Counted from the stretch's first letter, positions 9,831 through 19,556 are shown. The stretch is DNA of 35,726 bases from an uncultured Gammaproteobacteria bacterium (GCA_965231135.1 OZ246419.1:147028-182753); one strand, 5' to 3'. The notes: generated by a model not told the origin, from the sequence alone. A program made the numbers and translations.

Positions 9831-11372
9831 ATGAAAGTATACGTGTTAACCAAGATACTTTCTGCCAGTAATTTTGGGCTAAAAACTATTCCAATTGAAG
9901 TGGAAGTTAATGTCTTCAAAAAAGGATTTCCTGGATTTACAATTATTGGACTTCCAAATAAAAGCATTGAAGAAGCTAAAGAGAGAGTAAAAACTGCATT
10001 AATAAACTCTGGAGTAGATTTTCCTAATTTAAAGATTATTGTAAACTTGGCGCCGGCTGATATTCCAAAAGAAGGAAGTGCTTTTGATTTGGCAATTGCT
10101 ATTGGAATTTTGAATAGTTTGGAAGCGATAAAATTACCGAAAGAAAAATCGTATTTCTTTGGGGAACTTTCGCTTGACGGATCGCTTCGGCATACGAAAG
10201 GAACTTTTTTACTCGCGCTTTGTGCAAAAGAAAACAATATTAAAAATGTTTTTATTCCAAAAGAATCTTCCAATGAGGCATCTGCAGTAAACGGTGTGAA
10301 TATTTATCCAGTTGAAACCCTTCAGCAATTAATAATTCATTTAAATGGTGGAGAACAAATAAAACCTGTTAAAAATATTAAAATAAAAGAAAGTGCAAAA
10401 ACACTTAACCCTGAATTTGATTTTGCTGAAATTATTGGACAGGAGCAGGCAAAGAGAGCTTTAATGATTGCTGCAGCTGGAGGACATAATATTTTTATGC
10501 AAGGGCCGCCAGGAAGCGGCAAAACAATGCTTGCAAGAGCGCTTTCTGGAATACTTCCGCCACTTTCTATTGACGAAAGTCTTGAAGTTACAAAAATTTA
10601 TTCAGTAACCGGAAATATTCCATCCGGCTCTTCGCTTATTTTTGATAGACCTTTTAGAAGCTGCCATCATACAACTAGTAGAATTGGACTAGTTGGCGGA
10701 GGAAGTAATCCTCATCCTGGGGAAATATCGCTTGCTCATTTGGGAGTTTTATTTCTAGATGAATTTCCTGAATTTTCAAGATCAACTTTGGAAGCGCTTA
10801 GGCAACCAATGGAAGATGGAATTGTAAACATATCACGTGCTGCAGGAAGTATTTCGTATCCAGCTCAATTTATGCTAGTTGCTGCGGCAAACCCATGTCC
10901 ATGTGGATACTTAGGTGATCCGAAAAGAGAATGTAAATGCTCACCACGGATGATTATGAAATATACTTCAAAACTTTCTGGACCTCTGATGGACCGTATT
11001 GATTTGCATATTAATGTGCCGGCAGTAGATGTTGATAAACTTATTGATACAAAACAAAATATAAAAACGCAAACTTCAAAAGAAATACGTGAGAAAGTAA
11101 TGAATGCCAGGAAAATTCAGCAGAATCGATTTAAAAAAGAGAAGATTTTTATGAATGCACATATGAAGAATAAACATGTGAAGAATTTAAAGATAGAACC
11201 TTCTGCCCTTTTAATTCTTAAGCAAGCAGTAAACGCTTATAATTTATCAGCAAGAACTTATTTTAGATTAATAAAAGTCAGCCAAACTATTGCAGATCTT
11301 GAGATGGCAAATTCTATTTTGGATAAACATGTTGCTGAGGCACTTCAGTATCGTATTCGTGTAGAGAATTAA
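9831..11372 (+). CDS. comM: YifB/ComM Mg-chelatase-like AAA+ ATPase
   Basis: IIVNLAPADIPKEGSAFDLAIA, GPPGSGKTMLA, PGEISLAHLGVLFLDE, NPCPCG, LSGPLMDRID, EALQYR. True start may be GTG at 9843. Confidence 0.95.
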   Translation: MKVYVLTKILSASNFGLKTIPIEVEVNVFKKGFPGFTIIGLPNKSIEEAKERVKTALINSGVDFPNLKIIVNLAPADIPKEGSAFDLAIAIGILNSLEAIKLPKEKSYFFGELSLDGSLRHTKGTFLLALCAKENNIKNVFIPKESSNEASAVNGVNIYPVETLQQLIIHLNGGEQIKPVKNIKIKESAKTLNPEFDFAEIIGQEQAKRALMIAAAGGHNIFMQGPPGSGKTMLARALSGILPPLSIDESLEVTKIYSVTGNIPSGSSLIFDRPFRSCHHTTSRIGLVGGGSNPHPGEISLAHLGVLFLDEFPEFSRSTLEALRQPMEDGIVNISRAAGSISYPAQFMLVAAANPCPCGYLGDPKRECKCSPRMIMKYTSKLSGPLMDRIDLHINVPAVDVDKLIDTKQNIKTQTSKEIREKVMNARKIQQNRFKKEKIFMNAHMKNKHVKNLKIEPSALLILKQAVNAYNLSARTYFRLIKVSQTIADLEMANSILDKHVAEALQYRIRVEN

Positions 11373-11826
11373 TTGCTTTTCTTAGATTTTTGTAGTTTTT
11401 ATCGAAATATCCAATTTCTGGAATATATAATTTTAAGTGACCTCCCAGAGATGCTTTGTATAAACTGGTAATGTCTTTGAAATAGATTAGAAGAGATTTT
11501 TTTGAAGTTAAATTAAAATCATTTGGATTACAACAAGTTAACATTAGTACTGACCCCTTACCATCTTGACTGTCCACCCATTCTTGCAATGGTAATTCAT
11601 TTCCATTATCAATATAAGTCCATTCGGTTTTATTTCTTTCTGTTCCATGCGCTTTGAAGCATATATGTCGATATAGTCCAGTTCTTTTTTCCTACAAACT
11701 TACTAATTCATTGAACATTTTTCGACCAAGAAAAACATCTTCAATATCTGTTTCGAAACTTGATGTTAAATAAATGAAGTCACTAGAATATTGATATGTT
11801 TTATTTCCATCGAAGTGCTCGTGCAT
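11314..11826 (-). pseudogene. 170-codon reading frame interrupted by a single TAG
   Basis: ATG 11826 (TATAAT 7 nt upstream) reads MHEHFDG...ELVSL, TAG at 11692-11694, then continues in the same frame (EKRTGLYRHIC...) into track ORF 11314..11589. Confidence 0.65.
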
Positions 11827-11848
11827 TTGTATTATTATAAATTAATAA

Positions 11849-12220
11849 ATGAAACAGAAGAATTATGAAACTGGGAAGTTGGGGGAAAGAATTGCAGAGG
11901 ACTTCTTGACGAAAAATAATTATAAATTGATTGCGAGAAATTTTCATACAAGGTTTGGCGAAATTGATTTAATTTTTTCTAAAAATAATAAACTAATTTT
12001 TGTTGAAGTAAAATTAAAAGTTGGGGAGGATTTTGGGACTCCGGAGGAAATGATAAATAGACATAAAATAAGACAAATTGAGATGACAGGACAAAGCTTT
12101 TTATTAAAATATCCAGAATATGAGAAGTTTTATGAATCACTTCAAATAGATGCAATATGTATTGTAACTGATGAAAATCACAATATTATAAGAATAAATC
12201 ATTATGAAAACATTTCTTGA
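11849..12220 (+). CDS. yraN: YraN/UPF0102 family nuclease-fold protein
   Basis: GKLGERIAEDFL, ARNFHTRFGEIDLI, LIFVEVK, QIDAICI. Confidence 0.92.
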   Translation: MKQKNYETGKLGERIAEDFLTKNNYKLIARNFHTRFGEIDLIFSKNNKLIFVEVKLKVGEDFGTPEEMINRHKIRQIEMTGQSFLLKYPEYEKFYESLQIDAICIVTDENHNIIRINHYENIS

Positions 12221-13079
12221 CTATTCGATTCAAAATATTAAGTTTGGAGATAAAAGTTATCCAAAAAACTTATCTAAAATAAAGAAGCCGCCGAAGGAAA
12301 TTTTTTATCGAGGTGAGCTAAGCAACAATATTTTGGAGAAAACAATTGCAATTGTTGGGACACGACAAGTGACAAATTACGGAAAGCAAGCGATTGATGA
12401 ATTTGTAAGTGCCTTTGTTTCTCAAGGTGTTACAACAATTTCTGGATTTATGTATGGAGTGGATACTGAAGTACATAATAAAACTTTGGAATACGGAGGT
12501 AGAACGATCTCCATATTTGGTAATGGGCTTGATTATGTTTATCCTCCTGAAAACGATAAATTGTATCTGAAGATTTTGGAAAATAAGGGAATAGTGATGA
12601 GTGAGTATGAAAAAGATATGAAACCGCAACTTTGGACATACCCAGCGCGCAACAGAATTGTGAGCGCTTTATCTACAATTGGAGTTTTAGTAATAGAAGC
12701 AGATATTGATAGCGGCTCGATGATAACTGCAAAGATAGCTTACGAGCAGAAGAAAAATGTATGGGCAATTCCTGGGCAAATAACGTCAAAGTCGAGCAAT
12801 GGAACGAATTATCTTATCAAAAAAGGACTAGCGAAAATGGCGACTAGTCCAGCTGATATTGTATCTTTGAGTAAACAAACTGAAGAAAAAATTCAGCTGA
12901 AACTCGACGGTTTGGAAGCCGAAGTTTATGCGATAATAGAAAACGAAAACTTGTCGATTGATGAAATTTCTATGAAACTTGGAAAGGATATTGTTGAAAT
13001 AAGCGCTACTTTAACAATGATGGCAATAAAAGGAATTGTTAACGAAATTGGAGGAAAATATTTTATTTCGAAAGTCTGA
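12204..13079 (+). CDS. dprA: DNA-processing protein DprA
   Basis: YPKNLSKIKKPP, IAIVGTR, ISGFMYGVDTEVH, PARNRIVS, SGSMITA, C-terminal winged-helix segment. Confidence 0.95.
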   Translation: MKTFLDYSIQNIKFGDKSYPKNLSKIKKPPKEIFYRGELSNNILEKTIAIVGTRQVTNYGKQAIDEFVSAFVSQGVTTISGFMYGVDTEVHNKTLEYGGRTISIFGNGLDYVYPPENDKLYLKILENKGIVMSEYEKDMKPQLWTYPARNRIVSALSTIGVLVIEADIDSGSMITAKIAYEQKKNVWAIPGQITSKSSNGTNYLIKKGLAKMATSPADIVSLSKQTEEKIQLKLDGLEAEVYAIIENENLSIDEISMKLGKDIVEISATLTMMAIKGIVNEIGGKYFISKV

Positions 13080-13150
13080 GGCCAGAGCGGGAATCGAACC
13101 CGCGCATGGCGGTTTTGCAGACCGCAGCGTTTCCACTTCGCCATCTGGCC
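13079..13150 (-). tRNA. tRNA-Cys (GCA), CCA end not encoded
   Basis: Minus strand: acceptor GGCCAGA/TCTGGCC, D-arm GCG..CGC, anticodon stem GCGGT/ACCGC with loop CTGCAAA, T-arm GCGGG-TTCGATT-CCCGC, U73 discriminator overlapping the dprA stop by 1 nt. Confidence 0.96.
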
Positions 13151-13197
13151 TTGACTCAACTAAACAAGTGTATTTTAGCATATAATTAGACTATTCC

Positions 13198-14007
13198 ATG
13201 AAAAGCAATCGTATTTTTATTTTAATTTTTATAGTTATTGTTTTAGTCGTTGTTGGAATTGTTTTTTATAAAAGAGTGTTTGTTAGTGATCTTGCCAGTA
13301 TCGAAATTGATTCGAATAAAACTGTCGATGTTTATATTGATGGGAAAAATGTTGGGAAAACTCCTTATACGCAAATAATTGCTGCAAAACAGATAACGCT
13401 TGATATTGGAAGTTATGAAACACAAGTAACCTTGCAACCAATGATTAAAACAATTGTGCAGAGAGATTTCAATGATGACTTATCAGAATCTTTTGGAAGC
13501 GTTATTTCCTTTGAAAAAACTGGAATAAATAATTCACAACTTGTTGTGATAACTGATCCGGGAGGCGCGTCTATTAGTTTTGATGGAAACGTGATTGGTA
13601 ATACGCCTTACGAACTTGATAATTTGAAGGAGGGAAGTCATGGTTTGGAGGTAAATTTACAAGGATATGAAGATAAAAAGTTTAATATAAATTTGTACAA
13701 TGGATATAAATTAACTTTGCAGGTAGATTTATCGCCTGAGGTAACGACGCAGCTACAAAACGTCACGCAACAAGAGTTAACTCAAGCTGAAGTTGAAATA
13801 TTATCAACACCAAACGGATTTTTAAGAGTACGCAGCCAACCAGATACTGCAAGCAGCGAAATTGCGAGAGTTCATCAAGGAGATAAATTTCCACTTGTCA
13901 CGATAGACAAAAAAAGCGGATGGTTTGAAATACAACTAACGGCCAGCAAATCAGGATGGATTTCTAATGTATATGCATCAACGAGTTCCGGAGAAACTAA
14001 GGATTAA
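13198..14007 (+). CDS. PEGA-domain protein with C-terminal SH3b-like domain
   Basis: N-terminal TM; two PEGA-like repeats (VYIDGKNVGKTP, ISFDGNVIGNTP); LRVRSQP...GWFEI...GWIS. Confidence 0.85.
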   Translation: MKSNRIFILIFIVIVLVVVGIVFYKRVFVSDLASIEIDSNKTVDVYIDGKNVGKTPYTQIIAAKQITLDIGSYETQVTLQPMIKTIVQRDFNDDLSESFGSVISFEKTGINNSQLVVITDPGGASISFDGNVIGNTPYELDNLKEGSHGLEVNLQGYEDKKFNINLYNGYKLTLQVDLSPEVTTQLQNVTQQELTQAEVEILSTPNGFLRVRSQPDTASSEIARVHQGDKFPLVTIDKKSGWFEIQLTASKSGWISNVYASTSSGETKD

Positions 14008-14944
14008 AACCTAATTGGATTCCTCCGTAGAGGATCCAAATGACAAGAAGTGTCCAAATTCCAACAGAGGCCATTAGAGAAATATCTTTCAGTAAAACTT
14101 TTTCAGGAGCTTCGGAGCGGCCTTCAAAAATAAGACCCTGATAACGCATAATAGCAAAGATAGCAAAAGGAATTGTTAGCATCAGAAGTTTGGAAATAGT
14201 TGTTGTTTTACTAAACTCAGCAAGGAAAAGTAAAAGATTTTTTGGAACTGCTGGAGTTTCGAAAAAAGTAAAAAGCGCCCAGGACATCCAAGCGGCATTT
14301 GCAAACATTGTCACATATGAACTTAACAATCCTCTTGGATAACGGCCAAGACTTGCGCGAGTTTTTGAATCTCTGCCAAGATTACCCAACTCTGCAAGAC
14401 GTTTGCCTGATGCAAGAAAAAGTGCTGTTGAAATTACACAAAGCAAAAACCAAACAGATAAATGAGCGTTGATTGCGAAAGCTCCAGCGTAAACTCTGAT
14501 TACAAAACCTGTAGCGATGATAATGATATCTATAATTGCCAACTTTTTGAGGAAAAGAGAATAAGCAACCTGGATTATTAAATAAGTCAAGGTCAAAATG
14601 AATAGAAGACTTGAGATAGCGCTTGCAAGACTTAAAGAAATTGCAGCTAAAAGTATGCATTCTAAAATTGCCACAGGAACTGATAATTTTCCACTTGCGA
14701 TAGGACGGTTCTTTTTGATTGGATGCAAACGATCTTTTGGTGCATCGAAAATATCATTAAAAATGTATGTAGAACTTGCTGCAAAACAAAATATCCAAAA
14801 AGTCCAGAATACGTTTATGAAAAGCGGTTTATTGTAAAGTTCACCTGCAAAAACTAAACTTGCGAAGACACTCAAATTTTTGACCCACTGGATTGGTCTT
14901 GTTACCTTAACTGCATTTATGATTTGGGTTTGTATGTTAGCCAC
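13997..14944 (-). CDS. UbiA-family prenyltransferase, decaprenyl-phosphate phosphoribosyltransferase-like
   Basis: RPIQWVKNL, YIFNDIFDAPKDRLHPIKKNRPIASG, YSLFLKK, DIIIIATGFVIRVYAG, KRLAEL. GTG start. Confidence 0.85.
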   Translation of the reverse strand: MANIQTQIINAVKVTRPIQWVKNLSVFASLVFAGELYNKPLFINVFWTFWIFCFAASSTYIFNDIFDAPKDRLHPIKKNRPIASGKLSVPVAILECILLAAISLSLASAISSLLFILTLTYLIIQVAYSLFLKKLAIIDIIIIATGFVIRVYAGAFAINAHLSVWFLLCVISTALFLASGKRLAELGNLGRDSKTRASLGRYPRGLLSSYVTMFANAAWMSWALFTFFETPAVPKNLLLFLAEFSKTTTISKLLMLTIPFAIFAIMRYQGLIFEGRSEAPEKVLLKDISLMASVGIWTLLVIWILYGGIQLGFNP

Positions 14945-15936
14945 AATATTAGACCTCCAATAAATATTCCTGCCCCAATTATTGTATAGAACTTAGTACT
15001 GGTATTCAAACTTAAACTAATTAAACCTAAAAGAGCTGTACCTACCCAATAAAAAATTGCCACCTGCGGAATTGTTAAATGGCCGCTATCCAATAATCTG
15101 TGATGCAAATGACCTCTATCCCCCCAAAAAGGTGACTTGCCGGAAATAATTCTCCTTATGATTACATAACCAGTATCTATTAAGGGAATTGCTAGAACCA
15201 CAAGTAATGTTCCGACTTTTGCTGTTGAGAGAATTGATAAGATCCCCAGAAAAAAACCTGCTAAATTGCTCCCGGAGAAACTTGGCATGATTTTTTGAGG
15301 ATAAATATGCCAAGGAAGAAATCCTAAAAAACTTCCTGCCAAAATACTGCCTAAAATTAAAACAGGGATTTGAGTAAGGTTTACACCAAGCTTTAAGGTG
15401 AGAAGAACAATTGTAATAGCTGCTATTGCTACAACTCCTGACAATTGACCGTCGACACCTTTGGCGCCAAAATTTAGACCGTTCATTAAAAAGACTATCC
15501 AAAAAACCGAGATTCCAGCTCCTATTGCAAAAGGTAAATTTATAATTCCGCCTCCTGGATTTGTAATAAAATTAATTGTTGTTCCTGAAAAGACAACAAT
15601 AGCTGCACAAATAAATTGAATGATTAATCTTAAATAGGGATTTAAATTATATTTATCGTCTAATAAACCCATTATTAAAATAATTGATGCACCAATAAGA
15701 ATTGCTGAGAATTCTTTAGTTAATGGCAAAAAAAGCAGACTTGTAATTAAAATGGCAATGAAAATTGCTAAGCCGCCGCCGCGAGGAATTGGATGAGTGT
15801 GCAAAACTTTGGGATGTTTATTTTTTTTGGGATCATCTATGAGGCCGCAAATCCACGCAAACTTAATAACAAGCGGAGTTGATAAAAAGGAAATAATGGC
15901 GGAAATAATTAGCGGTACAATAATTAAATTAATCAT
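14917..15936 (-). CDS. Polyprenyl-phosphate GlcNAc-1-P transferase, WecA/TagO-like (GT4/MraY family)
   Basis: PIPRGGGLAI, GLLDDK, MNGLNF..GVDG, PQKIM, IPLIDT, DRGHLHHRL; multi-TM. Confidence 0.88.
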   Translation of the reverse strand: MINLIIVPLIISAIISFLSTPLVIKFAWICGLIDDPKKNKHPKVLHTHPIPRGGGLAIFIAILITSLLFLPLTKEFSAILIGASIILIMGLLDDKYNLNPYLRLIIQFICAAIVVFSGTTINFITNPGGGIINLPFAIGAGISVFWIVFLMNGLNFGAKGVDGQLSGVVAIAAITIVLLTLKLGVNLTQIPVLILGSILAGSFLGFLPWHIYPQKIMPSFSGSNLAGFFLGILSILSTAKVGTLLVVLAIPLIDTGYVIIRRIISGKSPFWGDRGHLHHRLLDSGHLTIPQVAIFYWVGTALLGLISLSLNTSTKFYTIIGAGIFIGGLILWLTYKPKS

Positions 15937-15940
15937 TTAT

Positions 15941-16267
15941 TTAGAAACTGCCGACGAGAAAAATTATTTTTATGATAGTAATTAAACTTAAAGCAGTAAG
16001 CGTGATATTAAGGCCTAATAATATTTTTTCTAAAAACTTATCTTTTGAAATTTTAGTTACCGATGTATTTATAACTATTAAAATAATTGAGACAATTGAT
16101 GGGATTGAAAGAAAAGTTGATGAAACTAAAATATTTGGGCTTACTGGAAGGCCATAAAGAAGAGGGACTATTGGCGGAAGACTTTTTTTACTTATAAAAA
16201 TAAAAAGAATACTAAGAACATTTAGAAAGGCGCAGGTGATACTTACTAGTTTGAAACTTTTGCTCAT
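15941..16267 (-). CDS. Small membrane protein, 3 TM
   Basis: Hydrophobic, LPPIVPLLYGLP motif, tightly packed in the operon. Confidence 0.7.
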   Translation of the reverse strand: MSKSFKLVSITCAFLNVLSILFIFISKKSLPPIVPLLYGLPVSPNILVSSTFLSIPSIVSIILIVINTSVTKISKDKFLEKILLGLNITLTALSLITIIKIIFLVGSF

Positions 16268-16281
16268 TTACACAATTTTAC

Positions 16282-17763
16282 TTAGTTTTTGAGGAGTTTC
16301 CAAATTTGGCTATTTATTTCACTGTTTGAGATCTGCGCATATTCCTTATTTAGTAATATATTTAATCCTGGTATTTCGGGTGAACCATGTAATAAGACGA
16401 TTAATTTTGGGGGATTATTAGATAATGTATCAACGGTTGCAGGAAGGCTTGAAAAATCTGTGATATGGTAATCTGCTGCATATTTTATTGGAGGTAACCT
16501 ATGTGATAATGCGTAAATTGTAGGAGCTTCTTCACCCCAAACGAAAACTTTATCGCTATTTGCAGAAGTTAGCATTATTAATTTTGCAGTATTGTAATTA
16601 TCTTCTGTACTTTTGTCGATATTGTTAAAATATTGCCATTTGCTTTCCTGACCAGTTGCAAAAGAAATGAAATTTTCATAGTAAGGAAAGGTTGGATAAT
16701 ACCAAAAATGATAGTAAACAAGAGCTAATGGAACTAAGCTCAGAGGAATAATTGCTAAGACCTGCTCGAATTTTTGAGAAGTAACAAGAATTGCTATAAG
16801 AAGAGAAAAAGCTGGAACAACTTGGATCATGTAATGAGGATATGGACGACCTGAAAGAGTTGCTGCAAAGAGACTTGTTAAAAGCCAGATCGCCGCTATT
16901 AAAAAACTTTTAGATAGTTTTGACGACTTGATACGCAAAATGATAAGACCTAATAAAACAATTCCTCCTTTTATAAAAAGCGGAGCATTTCTTACAACAA
17001 AAGATGTTTGATTGTTACCACTCCAGGAAGAAAGATATCCAATGTTTTCTAAAAATGCAGCTTTGAAATAATCGAGGGCAGCATTATGGAGAGCGTACCA
17101 AACAAATGTAAGAGCGATGGGAATAATGAATGCGATAAATAAAGTGACAGTTCTTTTAATAATAATTTTTATGTCCTTAGAATTTACTGCATTTATTAAC
17201 CAATAAATAATTACAACTGGAATATCAAAAACTGCCGGAATTTTAAAGAGAGCTGCAACAGCAAAAGCGACCCCTGCAATAATTATGTGTTTTTTGGTTG
17301 GATCTTTTAATAAAAGCAAAATTGCCAAAATTGTCGGGCCAATTAAAAAAATTTCCGCGTTTACAATCTGGCCTTCCAGTAAAGGAAGAGTGGTGAGAAA
17401 AGCGAAAATTGTGACTGCAACTTGCTGGGCACGAACATTTTTTTCAAAGAGAACTTTGGTCAAATGCCAGAAAATAGCAATTGTAACCAACATCCAAAAA
17501 AGAAGAATTGCTCTATAAATTGCTAGGTTTCCAGCAACTGCTGCCAGAATATAAATAAGAGGAGGTTTGTTATCGTGGATTTGGGAGTAAAGGGTTAGAC
17601 CATTACGAACTGCATTTCCGAGAGTTAAATAAATCATTTCGTCACCGTAATAATAAGGCTCAAAAAGAGAAGGGATGCGAAGAAGAAAGACAAAGCTTGA
17701 AATCAATAAGACCCAATTTGGTGGCTCGATTTTAGCGATAAAACGATCTATTTTCTTGAGCAT
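16282..17763 (-). CDS. GT-C superfamily membrane glycosyltransferase (ArnT/PMT-like)
   Basis: EPYYYGDEMIY, HDNKPP, NAEIF, LFKIPAVFD, RPYPHY; multi-TM plus C-terminal soluble domain. Start probably ATG 17763 or 17775. Confidence 0.8.
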   Translation of the reverse strand: MLKKIDRFIAKIEPPNWVLLISSFVFLLRIPSLFEPYYYGDEMIYLTLGNAVRNGLTLYSQIHDNKPPLIYILAAVAGNLAIYRAILLFWMLVTIAIFWHLTKVLFEKNVRAQQVAVTIFAFLTTLPLLEGQIVNAEIFLIGPTILAILLLLKDPTKKHIIIAGVAFAVAALFKIPAVFDIPVVIIYWLINAVNSKDIKIIIKRTVTLFIAFIIPIALTFVWYALHNAALDYFKAAFLENIGYLSSWSGNNQTSFVVRNAPLFIKGGIVLLGLIILRIKSSKLSKSFLIAAIWLLTSLFAATLSGRPYPHYMIQVVPAFSLLIAILVTSQKFEQVLAIIPLSLVPLALVYYHFWYYPTFPYYENFISFATGQESKWQYFNNIDKSTEDNYNTAKLIMLTSANSDKVFVWGEEAPTIYALSHRLPPIKYAADYHITDFSSLPATVDTLSNNPPKLIVLLHGSPEIPGLNILLNKEYAQISNSEINSQIWKLLKN

Positions 17764-17807
17764 TAGATATTTCATTATATGAAGGATTTTTGTTTGGAGC
17801 AATAAGT

Positions 17808-18053
17808 TTATTTATTTTTTGTAATTTCTATTATTTCTGGGGTTTTATCGTATTGAAGGCGACTGGTTTTTTCTTCAAATGTTTGTGTTGCGGCTTTTGT
17901 TTTTATTCTCGGATCTTTTATTTCTTCTATGGGTTTGAATTTAAGATCTTTATCTTGTACTAAAATTGTCTCTTGTTGGGATATTCTAGGTTCACTATTT
18001 CTTATTATTCGGGGTTTACCCATTACTGGTTTATCAAAATTTGGTTCTGACAT
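17808..18053 (-). CDS. Small hypothetical protein, 81 aa
   Basis: Starts 6 nt after the GT2 stop; charged; no family recognised. Confidence 0.55.
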   Translation of the reverse strand: MSEPNFDKPVMGKPRIIRNSEPRISQQETILVQDKDLKFKPIEEIKDPRIKTKAATQTFEEKTSRLQYDKTPEIIEITKNK

Positions 18054-18059
18054 AATTTA

Positions 18060-19553
18060 TTATACTTTTTCTGTGACTTTGTATTCAATGTATTTTCCAA
18101 GCATTAAACGAGTGTGTGCATCAATTCCTGGTAATGCCGAAAAGAAAAAGCCGGCAACTGGCATTAATACAAACTCAAACGGAGTTAATAATGCACGCCA
18201 TAAAGGAAAAGTTGCTGGGCGTTTTGGCTTGTAAAAATAATCAATAATAATCATTAAAACTAAGAAGACTAGGGCAACTGTTAGAATAGTGGAGGAGATT
18301 TTAGGAACTAAAAAGCCAAGAGTTGTACGACCAAAAGCAGGATTTATTAATGTAGGAATGGTTAATCCGATTGTTATGAAAAACCAGTTAACTGGCCATA
18401 AAAAATGAGATTGGATTATATAAAGCAAGCGCATGGTTTTGTCCCAAAAAGGAACATCGGGAGTTAAAAAGTAATATTTTATAATCCATGGATCGTCTGA
18501 AGTTCCCCAAGCCCAACGCTTTAGTTGTTCGTATTGGACTTTAAGAGTTTTAATAGTTGATGTTGATTGAGCTGCGTCAGCGTAAATTGGAAGATAAATT
18601 GGTTCGACTTCGACTTTGCCTTTCATTTTGAAATATGCCTTGAAGAAAATTCCCCAATCTTCTGGAATTTTATCTGCGTCCCAATAATCAACTTCGTCTG
18701 CCAACTTAAAAGATAAAGAATAGTTTTGCTGATTTATTAAACGGTCCTTTCTGGGAAGTTGACTTAAATTCCAAATAGATCCTAAAGTGTTTTGCACCCT
18801 TGTAATTGCTGGAATTTCCCAAATGTTGTTGTAAAAAAGGACACCTGGCTGCCAGAAAAAGTTATATCTTTTTGGATTGTCTAAAAACTTATATGTCAGA
18901 CAAGCGAAATGTTTTTTGTGATAAACGTGATCTGCATCACAACTTGTAATTGTGAAATAATCCATATTTAATTTATTTTTCTTGATGAAGTTATCTCTTA
19001 CCCAAATTGCAGCAAATCTTTCATTGCTTGCTTTACCTGCCACCTCCCCTTCTGTTAATTTGTGAACTGTTACTAATAATTCGCCAAAAATGTTTTTAAA
19101 CTCTTTATTTAATGCATCAACTTTTATAAGACGCTCTTTTTCGTCTTCTTTAAATTCCATCGCTAAAACTACGATTAATTGTTTGCGATCTAATTCCTGG
19201 TTTTTAAGAGAATTTAGTGTTCTTTGAAGGATATGTAGTGGCTCTTTGTATGTTGGAATAATAATTACATGTTTGACCTTGTCAGCGTCGGGAAAAGATT
19301 TTAAATCACCAACCCAGTCGTAATTCATGGCAGCTTGAATTCTTAAATGGGAAATAATGATGGTGATACCAATAGTAAAGCTTTGGTAAAACCAATAGAT
19401 ATTGAAAAGAAGAATAAAATAGGCGACGAAAGTTGGAATTACAAAAATTCCCCAATAAGGAAATAAAATTAAATTCCAACTTACAAACCCGGGAAGAATT
19501 TCAAGAGCTCTTTGGATTCCATGGGCATGTTTGAGGGCAAACTTTTTAAACAT
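18060..19553 (-). CDS. Processive membrane GT2 glycan synthase-like protein
   Basis: IIPTYKEP, GKASN, DADH (DxD), PEDW, QLKRW (QxxRW); TMs at both ends. Confidence 0.88.
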   Translation of the reverse strand: MFKKFALKHAHGIQRALEILPGFVSWNLILFPYWGIFVIPTFVAYFILLFNIYWFYQSFTIGITIIISHLRIQAAMNYDWVGDLKSFPDADKVKHVIIIPTYKEPLHILQRTLNSLKNQELDRKQLIVVLAMEFKEDEKERLIKVDALNKEFKNIFGELLVTVHKLTEGEVAGKASNERFAAIWVRDNFIKKNKLNMDYFTITSCDADHVYHKKHFACLTYKFLDNPKRYNFFWQPGVLFYNNIWEIPAITRVQNTLGSIWNLSQLPRKDRLINQQNYSLSFKLADEVDYWDADKIPEDWGIFFKAYFKMKGKVEVEPIYLPIYADAAQSTSTIKTLKVQYEQLKRWAWGTSDDPWIIKYYFLTPDVPFWDKTMRLLYIIQSHFLWPVNWFFITIGLTIPTLINPAFGRTTLGFLVPKISSTILTVALVFLVLMIIIDYFYKPKRPATFPLWRALLTPFEFVLMPVAGFFFSALPGIDAHTRLMLGKYIEYKVTEKV

Positions 19554-19556
19554 AAA

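Noticed and set aside
11692-11694. Alternative genetic code
   Set aside because: TAG, TGA and TAA all end conserved genes at expected positions, and Trp is encoded by TGG; standard code 11 fits.
13079-13150. tRNA-Cys as an integration site for a genomic island
   Set aside because: No duplicated tRNA 3' end and no integrase seen in the window.
12926-13159. 77-aa minus-strand ORF
   Set aside because: It is a translation of tRNA-Cys plus antisense dprA.
18601-18614. TTCGACTTCGACT resembling the repeat core
   Set aside because: Lacks the ATCC and CTCAGG ends; it encodes the ordinary VEVEP segment of the GT2.
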